From a virus (Duplodnaviria; Caudoviricetes), in the IMG/VR virus record IMGVR_UViG_3300031949_000040, positions 1 through 59,977 of that record: 59,977 bases of DNA; one strand, written 5' to 3'. The notes below the pieces were generated by a model that was given only the letters and a program-made list of their open reading frames with translations, did not search any database and was not told where the DNA came from. Both the position numbers and the translations under genes were made by a program. Positions 14,758-24,813 of the stretch are shown piece after piece (position 1 is the stretch's first letter; every line of letters starts with the position of its first letter).

Positions 14758-17560
14758 GTTAGTTCATCGGCGGACCCAAACCGCCAAACATTGGCGCGAT
14801 GACGCAACCGGTCAGGGCCGTTTTCATCAGGTATTAAAAATACCGCTTCATTACTCATCCACCATTGACAGCGGAATTTTTGATACAGAGGTGGATTTAT
14901 CGCCGGTTCGGGTCGAGAATGCCGCGTTCGACGGCTGGCGAATTACTCAGAATGGCTGGCATTACGCGCTGGGTATCCCCGGCAGTGGTCAACTGTCCGG
15001 CCTGGATGGCGTGGTTGGGTTTGGCGGGCGGCAGGGGCAGCATTGGCTACAATCCCGCCTGCAGCGAGTAGGTTACTTGCATTGGCCGACCCGCGCCTGG
15101 GATGACTTGGGTGGATTACCTACTTATAATCGTGCCAATCTCAGTCGGGATACCCAAACTCTGACAATTGGCCCGAATAGCCAGCAAATCAAAGTCACCA
15201 GTATCACCCAATGGAACAGCATTTTTACCGGCGTTAATTTACGCTGGCGAGCCGATGGCCTGCAACTCAAAGAAGAAATTATCTTATCGCAGGCCGCCCG
15301 TAATGGCTTGCCCAATCCCTCGACACCCGCCTCAGAAACCTATTTTTGTTTTGCCTTCCGCATCACTGGTGATATTCCCAAATGGCTTAAAAATGGCATC
15401 TTGCAGGACGTTAATGGCGACTTTAATGATGATGACGGTTTGATTGAATTAAAAGACGCCGGTGACAGACTGCTGGCGTTTATGCCAATAGATTACGCCT
15501 ATGTCAACGACGTCCGGGTTCTGCTACGCAAAAGGATTTACAAGGATGGTGATGATTACTGGTTGATTATCGGCGCGCCAGTTTTGGAATTAAACGCACT
15601 GCCCACCGGAGCAATCGTTTTTGATCCAACATTTTCAGCCCAACCCGCCGAGGCGGCAGCTAAGGACACCTTTTTAGCTTCAAGCAACGCTACTACCAAC
15701 TTCGGCACAGATGCCACGTTAGGGACATCGGGCAGCGGCGGCGCGCAGCGGACGTCGCTCCTGGATTGGGACCTGTCCACAATTCCAGCCGGTTCCACCT
15801 GTGACTCGGCTACGCTGTCTCTGTGGAGTAATGCCAGCGTAGCCGGGGCAGTGTCATGGGGCATCTACGTGATGATTCAGACCTGGACGGAAGCTGGTGC
15901 AACCTGGAACACCTACGACGGCACTAATGCCTGGCCGGGCAGTGCCGGGGCAAAAACTTCCGGCACAGACTACGAGGCCGACGCATCGCCGCCGTCAATC
16001 GCCTATCCGGTTTCCAGCATTGATACCGAGGCAACCGCCGACTTAACGGTCGGCGCCAACCTGAATGCTGCTAAGGTTGCCTCGGTATTCGGCAGCACCT
16101 TGCCATTGTCGATTGGGCAAACCGGAGATGTCAACCGCTTCTGGCACTCGTCCAATGCTGCCACCGCCGGTCTTAGACCGCAATTAGTTATTGAATATAC
16201 CGAGGGGGGTTCGTCCTCTTCAAGTTCGTCGTCATCTTCGAGCAGCAGCAGTTCATCCTCTTCGTCAAGTTCAAGTTCTAGCACGTCAAGCAGCAGCTCG
16301 TCAACTTCGGTTTCGTCCAGTAGTTCGTCCAGTAGTAATTCGTCAAGTAGTTCCAGTAGTTCATCTTCGGCCAGTGTACCACCGTCGCCCCAACCGGCCA
16401 TATATGAACCACTTGGAGTCGCCTACGAGCTATGGCTAACCGACGATTATGGCAGGCGCATTACCGATGCAAGCGGAAGATCGTATCTAAATAATTTTGT
16501 GGCCTTGACCGCTTCTCGCGCTGTGAACGAAATCGGCAAATTCACCTTGCAAGTTCCGGCCTCATTTGACGAAAGCCTGCTCAGGTCGGATAGAATGGTT
16601 CAGGTATGGCGTAGGCCAATCGGAGGTAGGCTCGGTCTGTGGCGCGTCTATTTCATTCGCCGCTGGATATTTGAGACGCTGGGCAGCCAGGAAGTCATTA
16701 CTATCGAAGGACCGGATACGAATGACCTGCTCAGGCGGCGCATCGTGGCGGCCTATGCGGGCAGCGCTCAGGCCAGCAAGACCGACCTTGCCGATGATAT
16801 GATGAAGGAGGTCGTCACGCAGTCTATTGCCGATGGGGTAGCGCCAACGCCTACGGCGGGCACGCGGGTCTGGGCGAATTTGAGTATCCAGGCCGATTTG
16901 GGCGCCGGTCCGTCAATTACCAAATCATTTCCATTCGATAAGCTTCTGACCATTTCCGGCAATGGCGTGTTGCCTGTATTGGCAAAAGCGGCGCGCGAGG
17001 CCGGTACGGAAATATTTTTCGATATCGTGCCCAATGTAGTGACAGGCAGCAGTATTAGTTTTCAATTCCAGACGTTCACGGGCCAGCCAGGCCGGGATGT
17101 GACTGACCGGGTAATTTTCGATCAGCAGCGCGGCAATATGCGCGATCCAAAGTTGGAATACGATTACTCTGATGAGGAAAACTATATCTATGCCGCTGGC
17201 CAGGGTGAACAGGCAGACCGTAACGTACAACAGGTTTATGACACAGCTCGTTATGGCGCTTCGCAGTGGGGCCGTTGTGAGGGGTTTGCCGATGCTCGCA
17301 ACCAGAGCAGCAACGACGGTGTGAGAGAGGCGGGCCGGGCGCATTTGGAAGAGGGACGGCCTAAAATCCGCGCTTCAGCCACGCCAGTCGATACGGCGGG
17401 TACAAGGTTTGGCCGGGATTGGGATTTTGGTTATAAGGTGAAATGGCGCTATCGCAATGTGGAATTTGACACCATCATTCGAGCGGTGACTATTTCGGTG
17501 GATGCGAATGGGGAAGAAACAATTCAGGCGCGGCTGGATGCGGAGGTGGCGGTCGAGTGA
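14744..17560 (+). CDS. Minor tail protein: N-terminal domain, DNRLRE-like domain, poly-Ser linker, siphovirus Gp37-like C-terminal domain
   Basis: DTFL..NFG..WDLSTIP..WTEAGATWN; Ser tract; YIYAAGQGEQADR and FGRDWDFG. Confidence 0.7.
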   Translation: MAWSELVHRRTQTAKHWRDDATGQGRFHQVLKIPLHYSSTIDSGIFDTEVDLSPVRVENAAFDGWRITQNGWHYALGIPGSGQLSGLDGVVGFGGRQGQHWLQSRLQRVGYLHWPTRAWDDLGGLPTYNRANLSRDTQTLTIGPNSQQIKVTSITQWNSIFTGVNLRWRADGLQLKEEIILSQAARNGLPNPSTPASETYFCFAFRITGDIPKWLKNGILQDVNGDFNDDDGLIELKDAGDRLLAFMPIDYAYVNDVRVLLRKRIYKDGDDYWLIIGAPVLELNALPTGAIVFDPTFSAQPAEAAAKDTFLASSNATTNFGTDATLGTSGSGGAQRTSLLDWDLSTIPAGSTCDSATLSLWSNASVAGAVSWGIYVMIQTWTEAGATWNTYDGTNAWPGSAGAKTSGTDYEADASPPSIAYPVSSIDTEATADLTVGANLNAAKVASVFGSTLPLSIGQTGDVNRFWHSSNAATAGLRPQLVIEYTEGGSSSSSSSSSSSSSSSSSSSSSSSSTSSSSSSTSVSSSSSSSSNSSSSSSSSSSASVPPSPQPAIYEPLGVAYELWLTDDYGRRITDASGRSYLNNFVALTASRAVNEIGKFTLQVPASFDESLLRSDRMVQVWRRPIGGRLGLWRVYFIRRWIFETLGSQEVITIEGPDTNDLLRRRIVAAYAGSAQASKTDLADDMMKEVVTQSIADGVAPTPTAGTRVWANLSIQADLGAGPSITKSFPFDKLLTISGNGVLPVLAKAAREAGTEIFFDIVPNVVTGSSISFQFQTFTGQPGRDVTDRVIFDQQRGNMRDPKLEYDYSDEENYIYAAGQGEQADRNVQQVYDTARYGASQWGRCEGFADARNQSSNDGVREAGRAHLEEGRPKIRASATPVDTAGTRFGRDWDFGYKVKWRYRNVEFDTIIRAVTISVDANGEETIQARLDAEVAVE
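16210..16372 (+). repeat. Poly-serine coding tract (~55 codons)
   Basis: Mixed TCN/AGY codons, in frame. Confidence 0.9.
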
Positions 17561-18015
17561 TCTTGGAAGACCTCATTCGCAGATTGACACGTCTTGAGCG
17601 GTTCATAGACGGCCTGATTAAGCCGGAAGTGAGCCGGTGGATAGACTGGACGCCAACGGTGACGCAATCAGGCGCGGTGACGGTGACCGTGACGTTTGCC
17701 CGGTACGTGGTCCAAGGTAACACGGTTCAATTGCGGGCAAGCCTGGCCGTAACGGGCACGGGAACGATAGCTAATCCTGTTGTCATCGGCGGTTTGCCGA
17801 CGCCATTATCTCCTGTGAATGTGGCGGGGGTTGTCGGCGAGATAAGGATTTTTGATAGTGGGACAGCGTTTTACGTAGGATCATTGGAGATTTTTACCGC
17901 CACGAGCTTTAAAGGATTTGCCCACCTGGAGACGGACGCTATTGGAGTTGACCCAAGCTTTGCCCTGGCGAATGGAGATAATATTAGTTTTCAGGCGGCT
18001 TATGAGCGGGCGTGA
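17557..18015 (+). CDS. Putative tail fibre/tip-associated protein
   Basis: WTPTVT..ARYVVQGNTV..GLP motif common in small fibre-tip proteins; last late gene. Confidence 0.55.
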   Translation: MILEDLIRRLTRLERFIDGLIKPEVSRWIDWTPTVTQSGAVTVTVTFARYVVQGNTVQLRASLAVTGTGTIANPVVIGGLPTPLSPVNVAGVVGEIRIFDSGTAFYVGSLEIFTATSFKGFAHLETDAIGVDPSFALANGDNISFQAAYERA

Positions 18016-18016
18016 G

Positions 18017-18292
18017 CTACCCAGCCCCCACGGCCCACGCTGGGCAGCCGGTCCACATTTCGTTTACCGCAGAGGCCATCAGCCGCAGGTCATCACGCCA
18101 GCCGCTGATGTACATTCGTATGCCAGCCGGTAATTGTGACACCTGCCACGCGAGGTGCGACAGCAGCATGTACAGCCAGCAGGGGAGCCAGAAAGCGATG
18201 GATAGGGGGAAGGCGGTAATGCTGATGACCTCTGCGCTATCGTCAAGGGTAGTTATGACTAATGCGTTTGAGAAGGTTACGATGTGCTTCAT
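18017..18292 (-). CDS. Hypothetical protein
   Basis: 91 aa; end of the leftward operon. Confidence 0.45.
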   Translation of the reverse strand: MKHIVTFSNALVITTLDDSAEVISITAFPLSIAFWLPCWLYMLLSHLAWQVSQLPAGIRMYISGWRDDLRLMASAVNEMWTGCPAWAVGAG

Positions 18293-18307
18293 TAGCGGAG
18301 CCTTCCA

Positions 18308-18775
18308 TTATATATGCGCCTTCTTGCGCTCCTGCTTGGCCCGCTGGCGATGATATTGCCTTCCTTCGGTTGTTTGCCAGCTATGTTTCTCGCAGTATTT
18401 TTGAGTGGATGACCAGCGGGGGCAAGAAGCGTGGCATACTTCACACTCCATGGAGTGACGTTTCCATTCTTCAGGTGGGATGATAATAAAAACCACGGGT
18501 TGATCGGTGCTGAGCAAGCCCTGGCCGCTACCGACAATGATAGACCCAGGCCCGGCGACAATAACACTTGGTGGCATAACACCAAGCGCCTGATAAACGG
18601 CTAATGACGTTGAGGCAACCTTACCAGAGGCAATGTCGGCAAGCAGCGCATGCGACCATTCCCAACCAGTCAACTCATCCCGTAAGGCCCGCCAAGTTTG
18701 CCCATTTCTCAAATTTGAAATATGGCCTCTGAGGGCATCAGTTACGGGTACTCGGTATCGTTCAGGGTTTTCCAC
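18308..18775 (-). CDS. Hypothetical protein with C-terminal Zn-ribbon
   Basis: CEVC...QKYCEKH. Confidence 0.55.
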   Translation of the reverse strand: MENPERYRVPVTDALRGHISNLRNGQTWRALRDELTGWEWSHALLADIASGKVASTSLAVYQALGVMPPSVIVAGPGSIIVGSGQGLLSTDQPVVFIIIPPEEWKRHSMECEVCHASCPRWSSTQKYCEKHSWQTTEGRQYHRQRAKQERKKAHI

Positions 18776-18894
18776 TACTAACCCCCTGTAGATTGCATAT
18801 ACACGCCAATAGAAGATAAAATCCTGATAACTTCTGGGTGGGTTTCATTGCTGCTTTTTCCATTCAACCCAAACATCACGTAAAAAGCATTTAA

Positions 18895-19578
18895 TCATCT
18901 TGCGCCAGGCCCGGTTGTGGATATGACCATCGGTGAATATTTTGACGTGCGTCTTTTTACTCTGGCAATCTTCCCGCTTGATGCCACCTCTAGCCACTCC
19001 CTGAGAAGCCGCCGCTTCTTCGGCCCAATTCGCGGCGCCATCAATTCACCGCTGGCAATCCTTCTCAGGCCGTCAAGGTCATCCTTGTACAGATGGCAGA
19101 CGGCCTCGTGTGCCCGCCGTAAATCCTGGTAAAGATTAAATTCCTTATGCTTTCCATCAAAGGCCGCTTTAATTCTCTGGCCTAATTCCCTTTCGGACCA
19201 GGCGTCCATATTTTCCTGAGCCATCCTGATTTGTCCTCTGATGAAGCCCCATATCTCTGAATTTTCCGGTTCGGCGAATACGCAGGGCGATTTTTCTTTG
19301 CTGCCATTTAGGGCGCACCAGGTACGGTCATCATCGTCACGACGCAATATTTCGCATTTCTGAGAGCCTTTGACGTTGCCGCTTCTGGCATAGTGGCAGC
19401 AGATGCGTTCATCGGCCCAGCGGACGGGGGTATAGAGGGGGATTACGGGGGTTTTAAGGGCCATGTGCGGATCACTCTCCAAAAGCTCATAAAAGATTGG
19501 CAAGGGGATGGTGATAGTTTTGCCGGTATCAATTAGACCTTGGGGAACATTTGAGTTATATTTTGCTTTAGCTGACAT
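18895..19578 (-). CDS. Hypothetical protein with Cys cluster and C-terminal HhH-like motif
   Basis: AGGAGG RBS before the ATG at 19578; PRIGPKK. Confidence 0.6.
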   Translation of the reverse strand: MSAKAKYNSNVPQGLIDTGKTITIPLPIFYELLESDPHMALKTPVIPLYTPVRWADERICCHYARSGNVKGSQKCEILRRDDDDRTWCALNGSKEKSPCVFAEPENSEIWGFIRGQIRMAQENMDAWSERELGQRIKAAFDGKHKEFNLYQDLRRAHEAVCHLYKDDLDGLRRIASGELMAPRIGPKKRRLLREWLEVASSGKIARVKRRTSKYSPMVISTTGPGAR

Positions 19579-19609
19579 AAGTACCTCCTGTGTACTCGTG
19601 TGGGTTAGA

Positions 19610-19641
19610 GGCAATGGTGAGGAAAGTGGCCTCACCATTGC
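19610..19641. promoter_or_regulatory. Strong hairpin upstream of the 19578 gene
   Basis: GGCAATGGTGAGG/CCTCACCATTGCC perfect stem. Confidence 0.55.
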
Positions 19642-19646
19642 CCCGT

Positions 19647-19967
19647 CTATTTGATTACTTCTTGTTCGTAGTGCCGAATTACCCTACCGACCGAATAGCG
19701 CCCATCTTCGCAAATTAAGCACACGTCTCGTATTGTCTGCTCGCCGGCTTTGGAGAGGTAGAGCGCATTATGCTTGGTAGAAATATATGCTATGTAACCC
19801 TGATCAATTAGGCTAGAGAAGCAAGTCTTTTGCCCGCAAACATAATCCACAATTGTCAAAACCGGCTTGTTCAAAAAGATAGCTATTTGCTTCAGTCCGC
19901 ACGGCTGCAGGTGACGAATGGCAGCCAGGATCAGCAGCTTGGTGGCGGTTAGTTGGTAGCTTGTCAT
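19647..19967 (-). CDS. Putative winged-helix protein
   Basis: LKQIAIFL...LIDQGYI...LYLSKAGE. Confidence 0.5.
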   Translation of the reverse strand: MTSYQLTATKLLILAAIRHLQPCGLKQIAIFLNKPVLTIVDYVCGQKTCFSSLIDQGYIAYISTKHNALYLSKAGEQTIRDVCLICEDGRYSVGRVIRHYEQEVIK

Positions 19968-19970
19968 TGG

Positions 19971-20390
19971 CTAAAACGGTATATCAGCCGCGTCTGGCCT
20001 ATCGTCATCTGGATAGGTTTCCGCCTCGTAATCCTCATCATTCATATCGCCCATCTGCTCAATCGTCTCCCCCGGCGCTGCCAATTGCCTTAGCTGATAG
20101 CGCACGTCAAACGGAATAGCATCAGGGATGACGCTAGAGGCTGCCACCTTTCGAGCGGTCAATTCATCTACCGGCGTGATACGAAAGATGGCCGCATTGC
20201 CAAACCATTCGGTGCGGTAAAGTTGCGGGTCGGACGGATCGGGAATGTCTACCCTGTGGAGGCCGTTTTCCACGTAGTAGCGACCGGCCACCTTAATGTG
20301 GCCCATTGCCTCGAGGATGACCCAGCGGCCGGCTGGGGCGGTGCCGTGTCCTGAGCTTGCCGAATGGCCGTTGTTGGTTGTGTCGCTCAT
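19971..20390 (-). CDS. Conserved phage hypothetical protein
   Basis: WVILEAMGHIKVAG...RVDIP...AIFRITP; acidic tail ending DIPF. Confidence 0.6.
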   Translation of the reverse strand: MSDTTNNGHSASSGHGTAPAGRWVILEAMGHIKVAGRYYVENGLHRVDIPDPSDPQLYRTEWFGNAAIFRITPVDELTARKVAASSVIPDAIPFDVRYQLRQLAAPGETIEQMGDMNDEDYEAETYPDDDRPDAADIPF

Positions 20391-20399
20391 GATTGTCTC

Positions 20400-21632
20400 C
20401 TATGCTGCTTTTTCTAATATCAGCTCTTTGGCCGTGTGACCATTGCCGTTGGGGTCCTGCTCCTGTAGCGCCAGCCAGTCAAAGAGCGTCGGCTGACTAT
20501 TCGTCTTTAGGCAGTGAGGCGAGAAAAATATACACTCTCTATTGCTATTTTCGTTTACTTGCCCTTTGGATTGGCTTCCATAACCACCATGCGCTTTCCA
20601 TCTAACACATGTCCAATCCGAAGGGATGAAATCTATTTCGTTATCATAAGAGCAATAAGCAATTCTTAAAAGTGGATTGTCACCATTCTCTATTGCCCAT
20701 TCTCGGACCTTGTGGGCAACCTGCAAATCATCAACCGCGTAAAGCATCTCGTCTCGCCCGGCTTCGGCTGAATATGGCGGGTCCAAAAAAATCGCCGTCA
20801 CGCCTTGCTTAAATGTCGGCGTCGGACCCAGAACGCGCATAAAATCGCCGCAACAAACGCGCACCCGGCGCAAGCGGGCGGCTAGTAAATTCATATAATC
20901 GTAAAGTTCACCCCGCCCGGCGACCCCTGGGAGTACCCGTAGGGGTGCATTGCCCAGGTGGGGGAGTTTCTGGCTGGGCCGGTTGATGCCCTGCCCGGCA
21001 TCGCCCAGATGGGGTCGTTGCTGGCTGGGCCGGTTGATGCCCCGCCCGGCATTGCCCAGGTGGGGGAGTTGCTGGCTGGGCCGGTTGATGCCCCGCCCGG
21101 CATTGCCCAGATGGGGGAGTTTGCGCTGTGTTCCGCCGTCAACAGTGCGTCCATTTTGCAAATCACACCAGCCGTTGCCTATCCACTGGCAGATGCCCCA
21201 CACCCACCAGCCGGCAATTTTTACGTCGTAGTAATCCGGGTCGGTTTTCATTCGCTCAATAAAGTCAAGCTGGTTGATTAGCCACAAATGGCGGCTATGG
21301 GCATCGGCTTCGTTTACCGGCCAATCGGCCCACCGCGCCACGCCATCGGGGTCGTTCTGCAAGGCTCGCCAGAAATTACTTAAAAAACAATCTTTGTCGT
21401 TCACCGTTTCAATCCGGTTTTGTCCATTTTGCCAGCCGCCCGTATCCCAACCGGGCCGATTGAGCAGCACGGCCCCGCTGCCAAAGAAGGGTTCGACGAA
21501 ATTGGGGACATCCCCAAACCTTTCCCAGACAATATGTGCCACGCGGCTTTTTCCGCCAAACCAGGGGAAGGGAGCACGTAGTTGGGCGCGGACGTGTTGT
21601 TTATCGGCTGGTGGTTGCATTGGGTTGCTCAT
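20400..21632 (-). CDS. DNA adenine methyltransferase (Dam/D12-like) with internal repeats
   Basis: PFPWFGGKS, EPFFGSGAV, VNDKD, FLDPPY. Confidence 0.9.
   Translation of the reverse strand: MSNPMQPPADKQHVRAQLRAPFPWFGGKSRVAHIVWERFGDVPNFVEPFFGSGAVLLNRPGWDTGGWQNGQNRIETVNDKDCFLSNFWRALQNDPDGVARWADWPVNEADAHSRHLWLINQLDFIERMKTDPDYYDVKIAGWWVWGICQWIGNGWCDLQNGRTVDGGTQRKLPHLGNAGRGINRPSQQLPHLGNAGRGINRPSQQRPHLGDAGQGINRPSQKLPHLGNAPLRVLPGVAGRGELYDYMNLLAARLRRVRVCCGDFMRVLGPTPTFKQGVTAIFLDPPYSAEAGRDEMLYAVDDLQVAHKVREWAIENGDNPLLRIAYCSYDNEIDFIPSDWTCVRWKAHGGYGSQSKGQVNENSNRECIFFSPHCLKTNSQPTLFDWLALQEQDPNGNGHTAKELILEKAA
20948..21122. repeat. 51-bp in-frame tandem repeat (3 full copies plus a partial)
   Basis: Units start at 20948, 20999, 21050 and 21101; encode PHLGNAGRGINRPSQQL variants. 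Confidence 0.9.
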
Positions 21633-21668
21633 TATTTCCGCATATTGGGCCGGGCGCTGCCGGCGTGG

Positions 21669-23069
21669 TTAGAAGTTCAGTGTTTGACGCCTGACTTCCA
21701 GGTCAATAAAGGTCGTCAAGTGCTTCTTGAAGTAAGCCGACAATACCCCCGTTTTGCCCCCCCTATGTTTGGCTACTATAAACTCGACAATATTTGGGAA
21801 CTCAGTATCGGGGTTATAGACCTCATCAAGATAAGCGAAGATGACCACATCAGCGTCATATTCCAAATTGCCGCTCTCGCGCAAATCGGACAATATAGGC
21901 CGCTTGTCATGGCGCTCTTCGCACCTGCGAGACAGAGAGGCAACGGCTATAACCGGGATTTGCAACTCATTCGCCAACCGCTTAAGGGCCGCCGAAACGA
22001 CGCCTAATTCGGCATCTCGGTTCTGGTAATTCTTGCCGGTCGTGATCCGCTGAACGTAGTCAATTATTACCAGGTCAAGGCCATACTTGAACCTGTACGA
22101 CATTACCCGCGCGCGAATTGCCTCAATGTTCTGCGTTCGGTCGTCAATCTCCAGAGGCCAGCTTGATATGTTCTGTATGGCGTTTTCAATGGCGACAAAG
22201 TTTTGACTATCCAACTTCTTGCCGCGCATAAAGTCGCTGTCTATGCCAGTTTCCGAAGAGACAAGCCGCTCGACTAATTCTTCCCCCATCATCTCCAGAC
22301 TGAAATACAGGACGTTAGCCCGGCGTTTTTGAATAGCCGTTTTTGCCACTTGCAAGACAAGTGAACTCTTCCCCATTCCGGGCCGACCTGCTACTAAGAT
22401 AAACTTACCCCGCTGTAAGCCACCTAGGATTTTGTCCAGGTCTTTAATGCCCGTAGGCAAGCCGATCATCTCGTTTTGGTTGGCGTAGTACGCATCGAGC
22501 ATGGTTATAAATTTATCGCAGTAAAAAGATACCGGCCTGGCCTGACCTACCTGATTACCAGTTGAAACCTTGAGTAAAATGTCACTGGCCGCCTGAATGA
22601 TATTGGCCGGGTCGTCATCCTGGCTATCGAAACTCAACCGGGAAATGTCGCCAGCGGCGTTAATCAGGCTGCGCCGAATCGATTCGCGCTTGACGATTCG
22701 GGCATAGTAGGCTGCGTTGGTATGGGTGAAGGTCTGCGAGGTGAGGCCAGTTAGAAAGGCACGACCGCCAATTTCACCAAGTTGTCCCCTGCGCTCCAAT
22801 TCGTCGCACAGCGTTACCATGTCGCACGTGGCCTGAAGCGACTTCATTGCGTCAAATATCCAGCCATGCCGATGGATGAAAAAATCACCTTTGTTTAGGC
22901 CAACCTCATCACAGTCTATCAGCGCATCGGAGCTAACCAGAATTGAGCCAAGCAGCGCCTCCTCACTCTCAAAATTGTGAGGCTGTAAACGGTCTGGGAC
23001 CGTGCCGGGGTAGATATTTGGTTGCTTGCCGTTGCCGTTGGTTTGGTAGATTGCTTTGTGTACGCTCAC
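21669..23069 (-). CDS. dnaB: Replicative DNA helicase
   Basis: AGRPGMGKS, FSLEM, IIDYVQ, LSDLRESGNLEYDAD, KHRGG. Confidence 0.95.
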   Translation of the reverse strand: MSVHKAIYQTNGNGKQPNIYPGTVPDRLQPHNFESEEALLGSILVSSDALIDCDEVGLNKGDFFIHRHGWIFDAMKSLQATCDMVTLCDELERRGQLGEIGGRAFLTGLTSQTFTHTNAAYYARIVKRESIRRSLINAAGDISRLSFDSQDDDPANIIQAASDILLKVSTGNQVGQARPVSFYCDKFITMLDAYYANQNEMIGLPTGIKDLDKILGGLQRGKFILVAGRPGMGKSSLVLQVAKTAIQKRRANVLYFSLEMMGEELVERLVSSETGIDSDFMRGKKLDSQNFVAIENAIQNISSWPLEIDDRTQNIEAIRARVMSYRFKYGLDLVIIDYVQRITTGKNYQNRDAELGVVSAALKRLANELQIPVIAVASLSRRCEERHDKRPILSDLRESGNLEYDADVVIFAYLDEVYNPDTEFPNIVEFIVAKHRGGKTGVLSAYFKKHLTTFIDLEVRRQTLNF

Positions 23070-23073
23070 CTTC

Positions 23074-23973
23074 TTAGCTCCTGTCTATCTGTATGGGATT
23101 GTGAATTTCTTTTGCATCTTGTTCGCGTAACTGCCTGGCTGCCTCTCGCTTTTCAGCGGATAGGGCGGGTGATGACTTATTACGTGGGGGATATGCGCCG
23201 TTTTTCTCTGCTCTGCCGTTTTTGCGGCCACTTCTTGGCTTATCGTTTTGGGGGCCGCCGATGGCTAGCCAGTTGCGAAGGATGGCCTCAACATAATTCA
23301 GGTTTCTTGCGTTGGCTTTCGCGGCTCGTTTCATCGCCTCAAGGACCCATTCTGTGCCGTAGGTTTTTATGTCGTCATTAAGGGCATCGCTCACTGTTTG
23401 GGATAGGCCACCGATTTCGTATTGGTACGCTGTGCAAACTTTGCCAAAATCTGGATGACGTTTTACGCGCGCGCGCGTTTCTTCTTCTTCTTGATTATTT
23501 TCTGACTCTGTATCTGACTCTGGGGGCGTTACAGTAACGTTACCATTCCGTTTCACATCACCGTTTAATTGCTTGGGGTTGTTACCTTGCTGTTGTCTTT
23601 TTTTTTCTCTAAACTGCCTAACCCGTTCGTTGCTGGTATCGCTGGCAAATTGTCTAGCTTCCCACTGGGTAACGACATAGATACCATCTGCCTTGCACAG
23701 CATATTTGTGGCTATAAAGGCGTCCATTAGAGATGTACAGGTTTTAGAATCAAGGCCGGTTTCAAAAACAATCTCGTCAAAAGTTATGGCTAGACCTTCC
23801 GAGATCAATAGCTTTCCCCGTTCCGGCGAGTCGCTTGCCATAGCTAGAATCGTGGCCCATGTGCCGATAACCAGCGCCTTTGGCTGCTGAGTAGAATTAC
23901 AAATACGTTGAATTTTGCGGTCCGATAGGACCTCGCTATAGAGACGAAACCAGGGCGGAGGCTTAGTTAGCAC
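23074..23973 (-). CDS. Phage replication initiator (replisome-organizer N-terminus plus DnaD-like domain)
   Basis: WFRLYSE.LSD.K, ERVRQFRE, NLNYVEAILRNW. Confidence 0.85.
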   Translation of the reverse strand: MLTKPPPWFRLYSEVLSDRKIQRICNSTQQPKALVIGTWATILAMASDSPERGKLLISEGLAITFDEIVFETGLDSKTCTSLMDAFIATNMLCKADGIYVVTQWEARQFASDTSNERVRQFREKKRQQQGNNPKQLNGDVKRNGNVTVTPPESDTESENNQEEEETRARVKRHPDFGKVCTAYQYEIGGLSQTVSDALNDDIKTYGTEWVLEAMKRAAKANARNLNYVEAILRNWLAIGGPQNDKPRSGRKNGRAEKNGAYPPRNKSSPALSAEKREAARQLREQDAKEIHNPIQIDRS

Positions 23974-24043
23974 TCTAATTTTTCCTTAATGCAATCACCT
24001 TTTGTTACACGTAACAAAGTGTAACGTTACAGTAACGTTACAC
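23527..24043. repeat. GTAAC/GTTAC iteron-like repeats (candidate origin)
   Basis: CGTTACAGTAACGTTAC at 23527 and 24025, plus further GTAAC/GTTAC at 24004-24043. Confidence 0.55.
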
Positions 24044-24045
24044 TT

Positions 24046-24606
24046 TTATGAGCATAAAATGGCTTTGATATGGTCTGCCTTGACAGAATCAAAGTACGGT
24101 TGCTTCAAGTACCACTTCATAAAATCACGATTGTTCTTTGACTTGTTGCAATGCTCACACGCCGAGGCCAGATTGCTTGGTGCGTGTGAGCCGCCTTTTG
24201 TTACTGGTATAATGTGGTCAACGTGGGTAGCAGCATTGCCACAATAGAGGCATAGGCCATCATCCCTTAAAAGAACCTCTTGTCGCAAATCTTCCCAGTT
24301 ATCAGGGTAGGAAGAAATAAACATTGGCCCTTGCGAAATTACAAAATCAGGAATGAACCACTTTTCCGAGTCGCTATTCCACTCAACCAGCCAAGTTTTG
24401 TCTAGTTCCTTTATCTTGTCACCAAGGCCAATAAAATCACGGTGCAGGTAGAAAGCTATATCTTGCTCTGAGGGCAAGAATCCTTGATCGTCGGCAAGTA
24501 ACCTTAATTCAATATTCAGCCGCCATAAGTCGGCGGGTAACATCCCTATTTTTGCTTTGTCGAGAATATCAGTGTGAAGTTTTATCCAGCTATTCTTTGC
24601 CATCAT
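24046..24606 (-). CDS. HNH endonuclease with replisome-organizer-like N-terminus
   Basis: WIKLHTDILD; CLYCG..HVDHIIP..GGSH..NL..ACEHCN. Confidence 0.85.
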   Translation of the reverse strand: MMAKNSWIKLHTDILDKAKIGMLPADLWRLNIELRLLADDQGFLPSEQDIAFYLHRDFIGLGDKIKELDKTWLVEWNSDSEKWFIPDFVISQGPMFISSYPDNWEDLRQEVLLRDDGLCLYCGNAATHVDHIIPVTKGGSHAPSNLASACEHCNKSKNNRDFMKWYLKQPYFDSVKADHIKAILCS

Positions 24607-24813
24607 TCCTCTTTCCGGCGCAGAAACGACAAAGTGCGCCGCTCTATGTTTCAACTCTGAGTTGCTGAGGCTCAAAAGTCTGTGGCGTGGTTTCCCAACG
24701 TCACTGAAACATAAAGACGGCGCACGTTAGCGCTCAAAGATATTAGATTGTGGCAACGGCGGGAAATAAAAAATCCACGCGTCACACAGACTTCTTGAAC
24801 CTCAGCACTAATC

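Noticed and set aside
16003-16401. Leu/Glu/Asp-rich antisense ORF
   Set aside because: Shadow of the poly-Ser tract on the plus strand
18566-18607. Possible self-target of array 2 (YQALGVM resembles decoded Y[QH]V[LF]GV[IM])
   Set aside because: Only 17 of 28 specified bases match over a short stretch; plausible by chance
19610-19641. GGCAATGG hairpin as a third copy of the cassette inverted repeat
   Set aside because: Shares only about 9-10 bp with the 18-bp repeat; too little to link them
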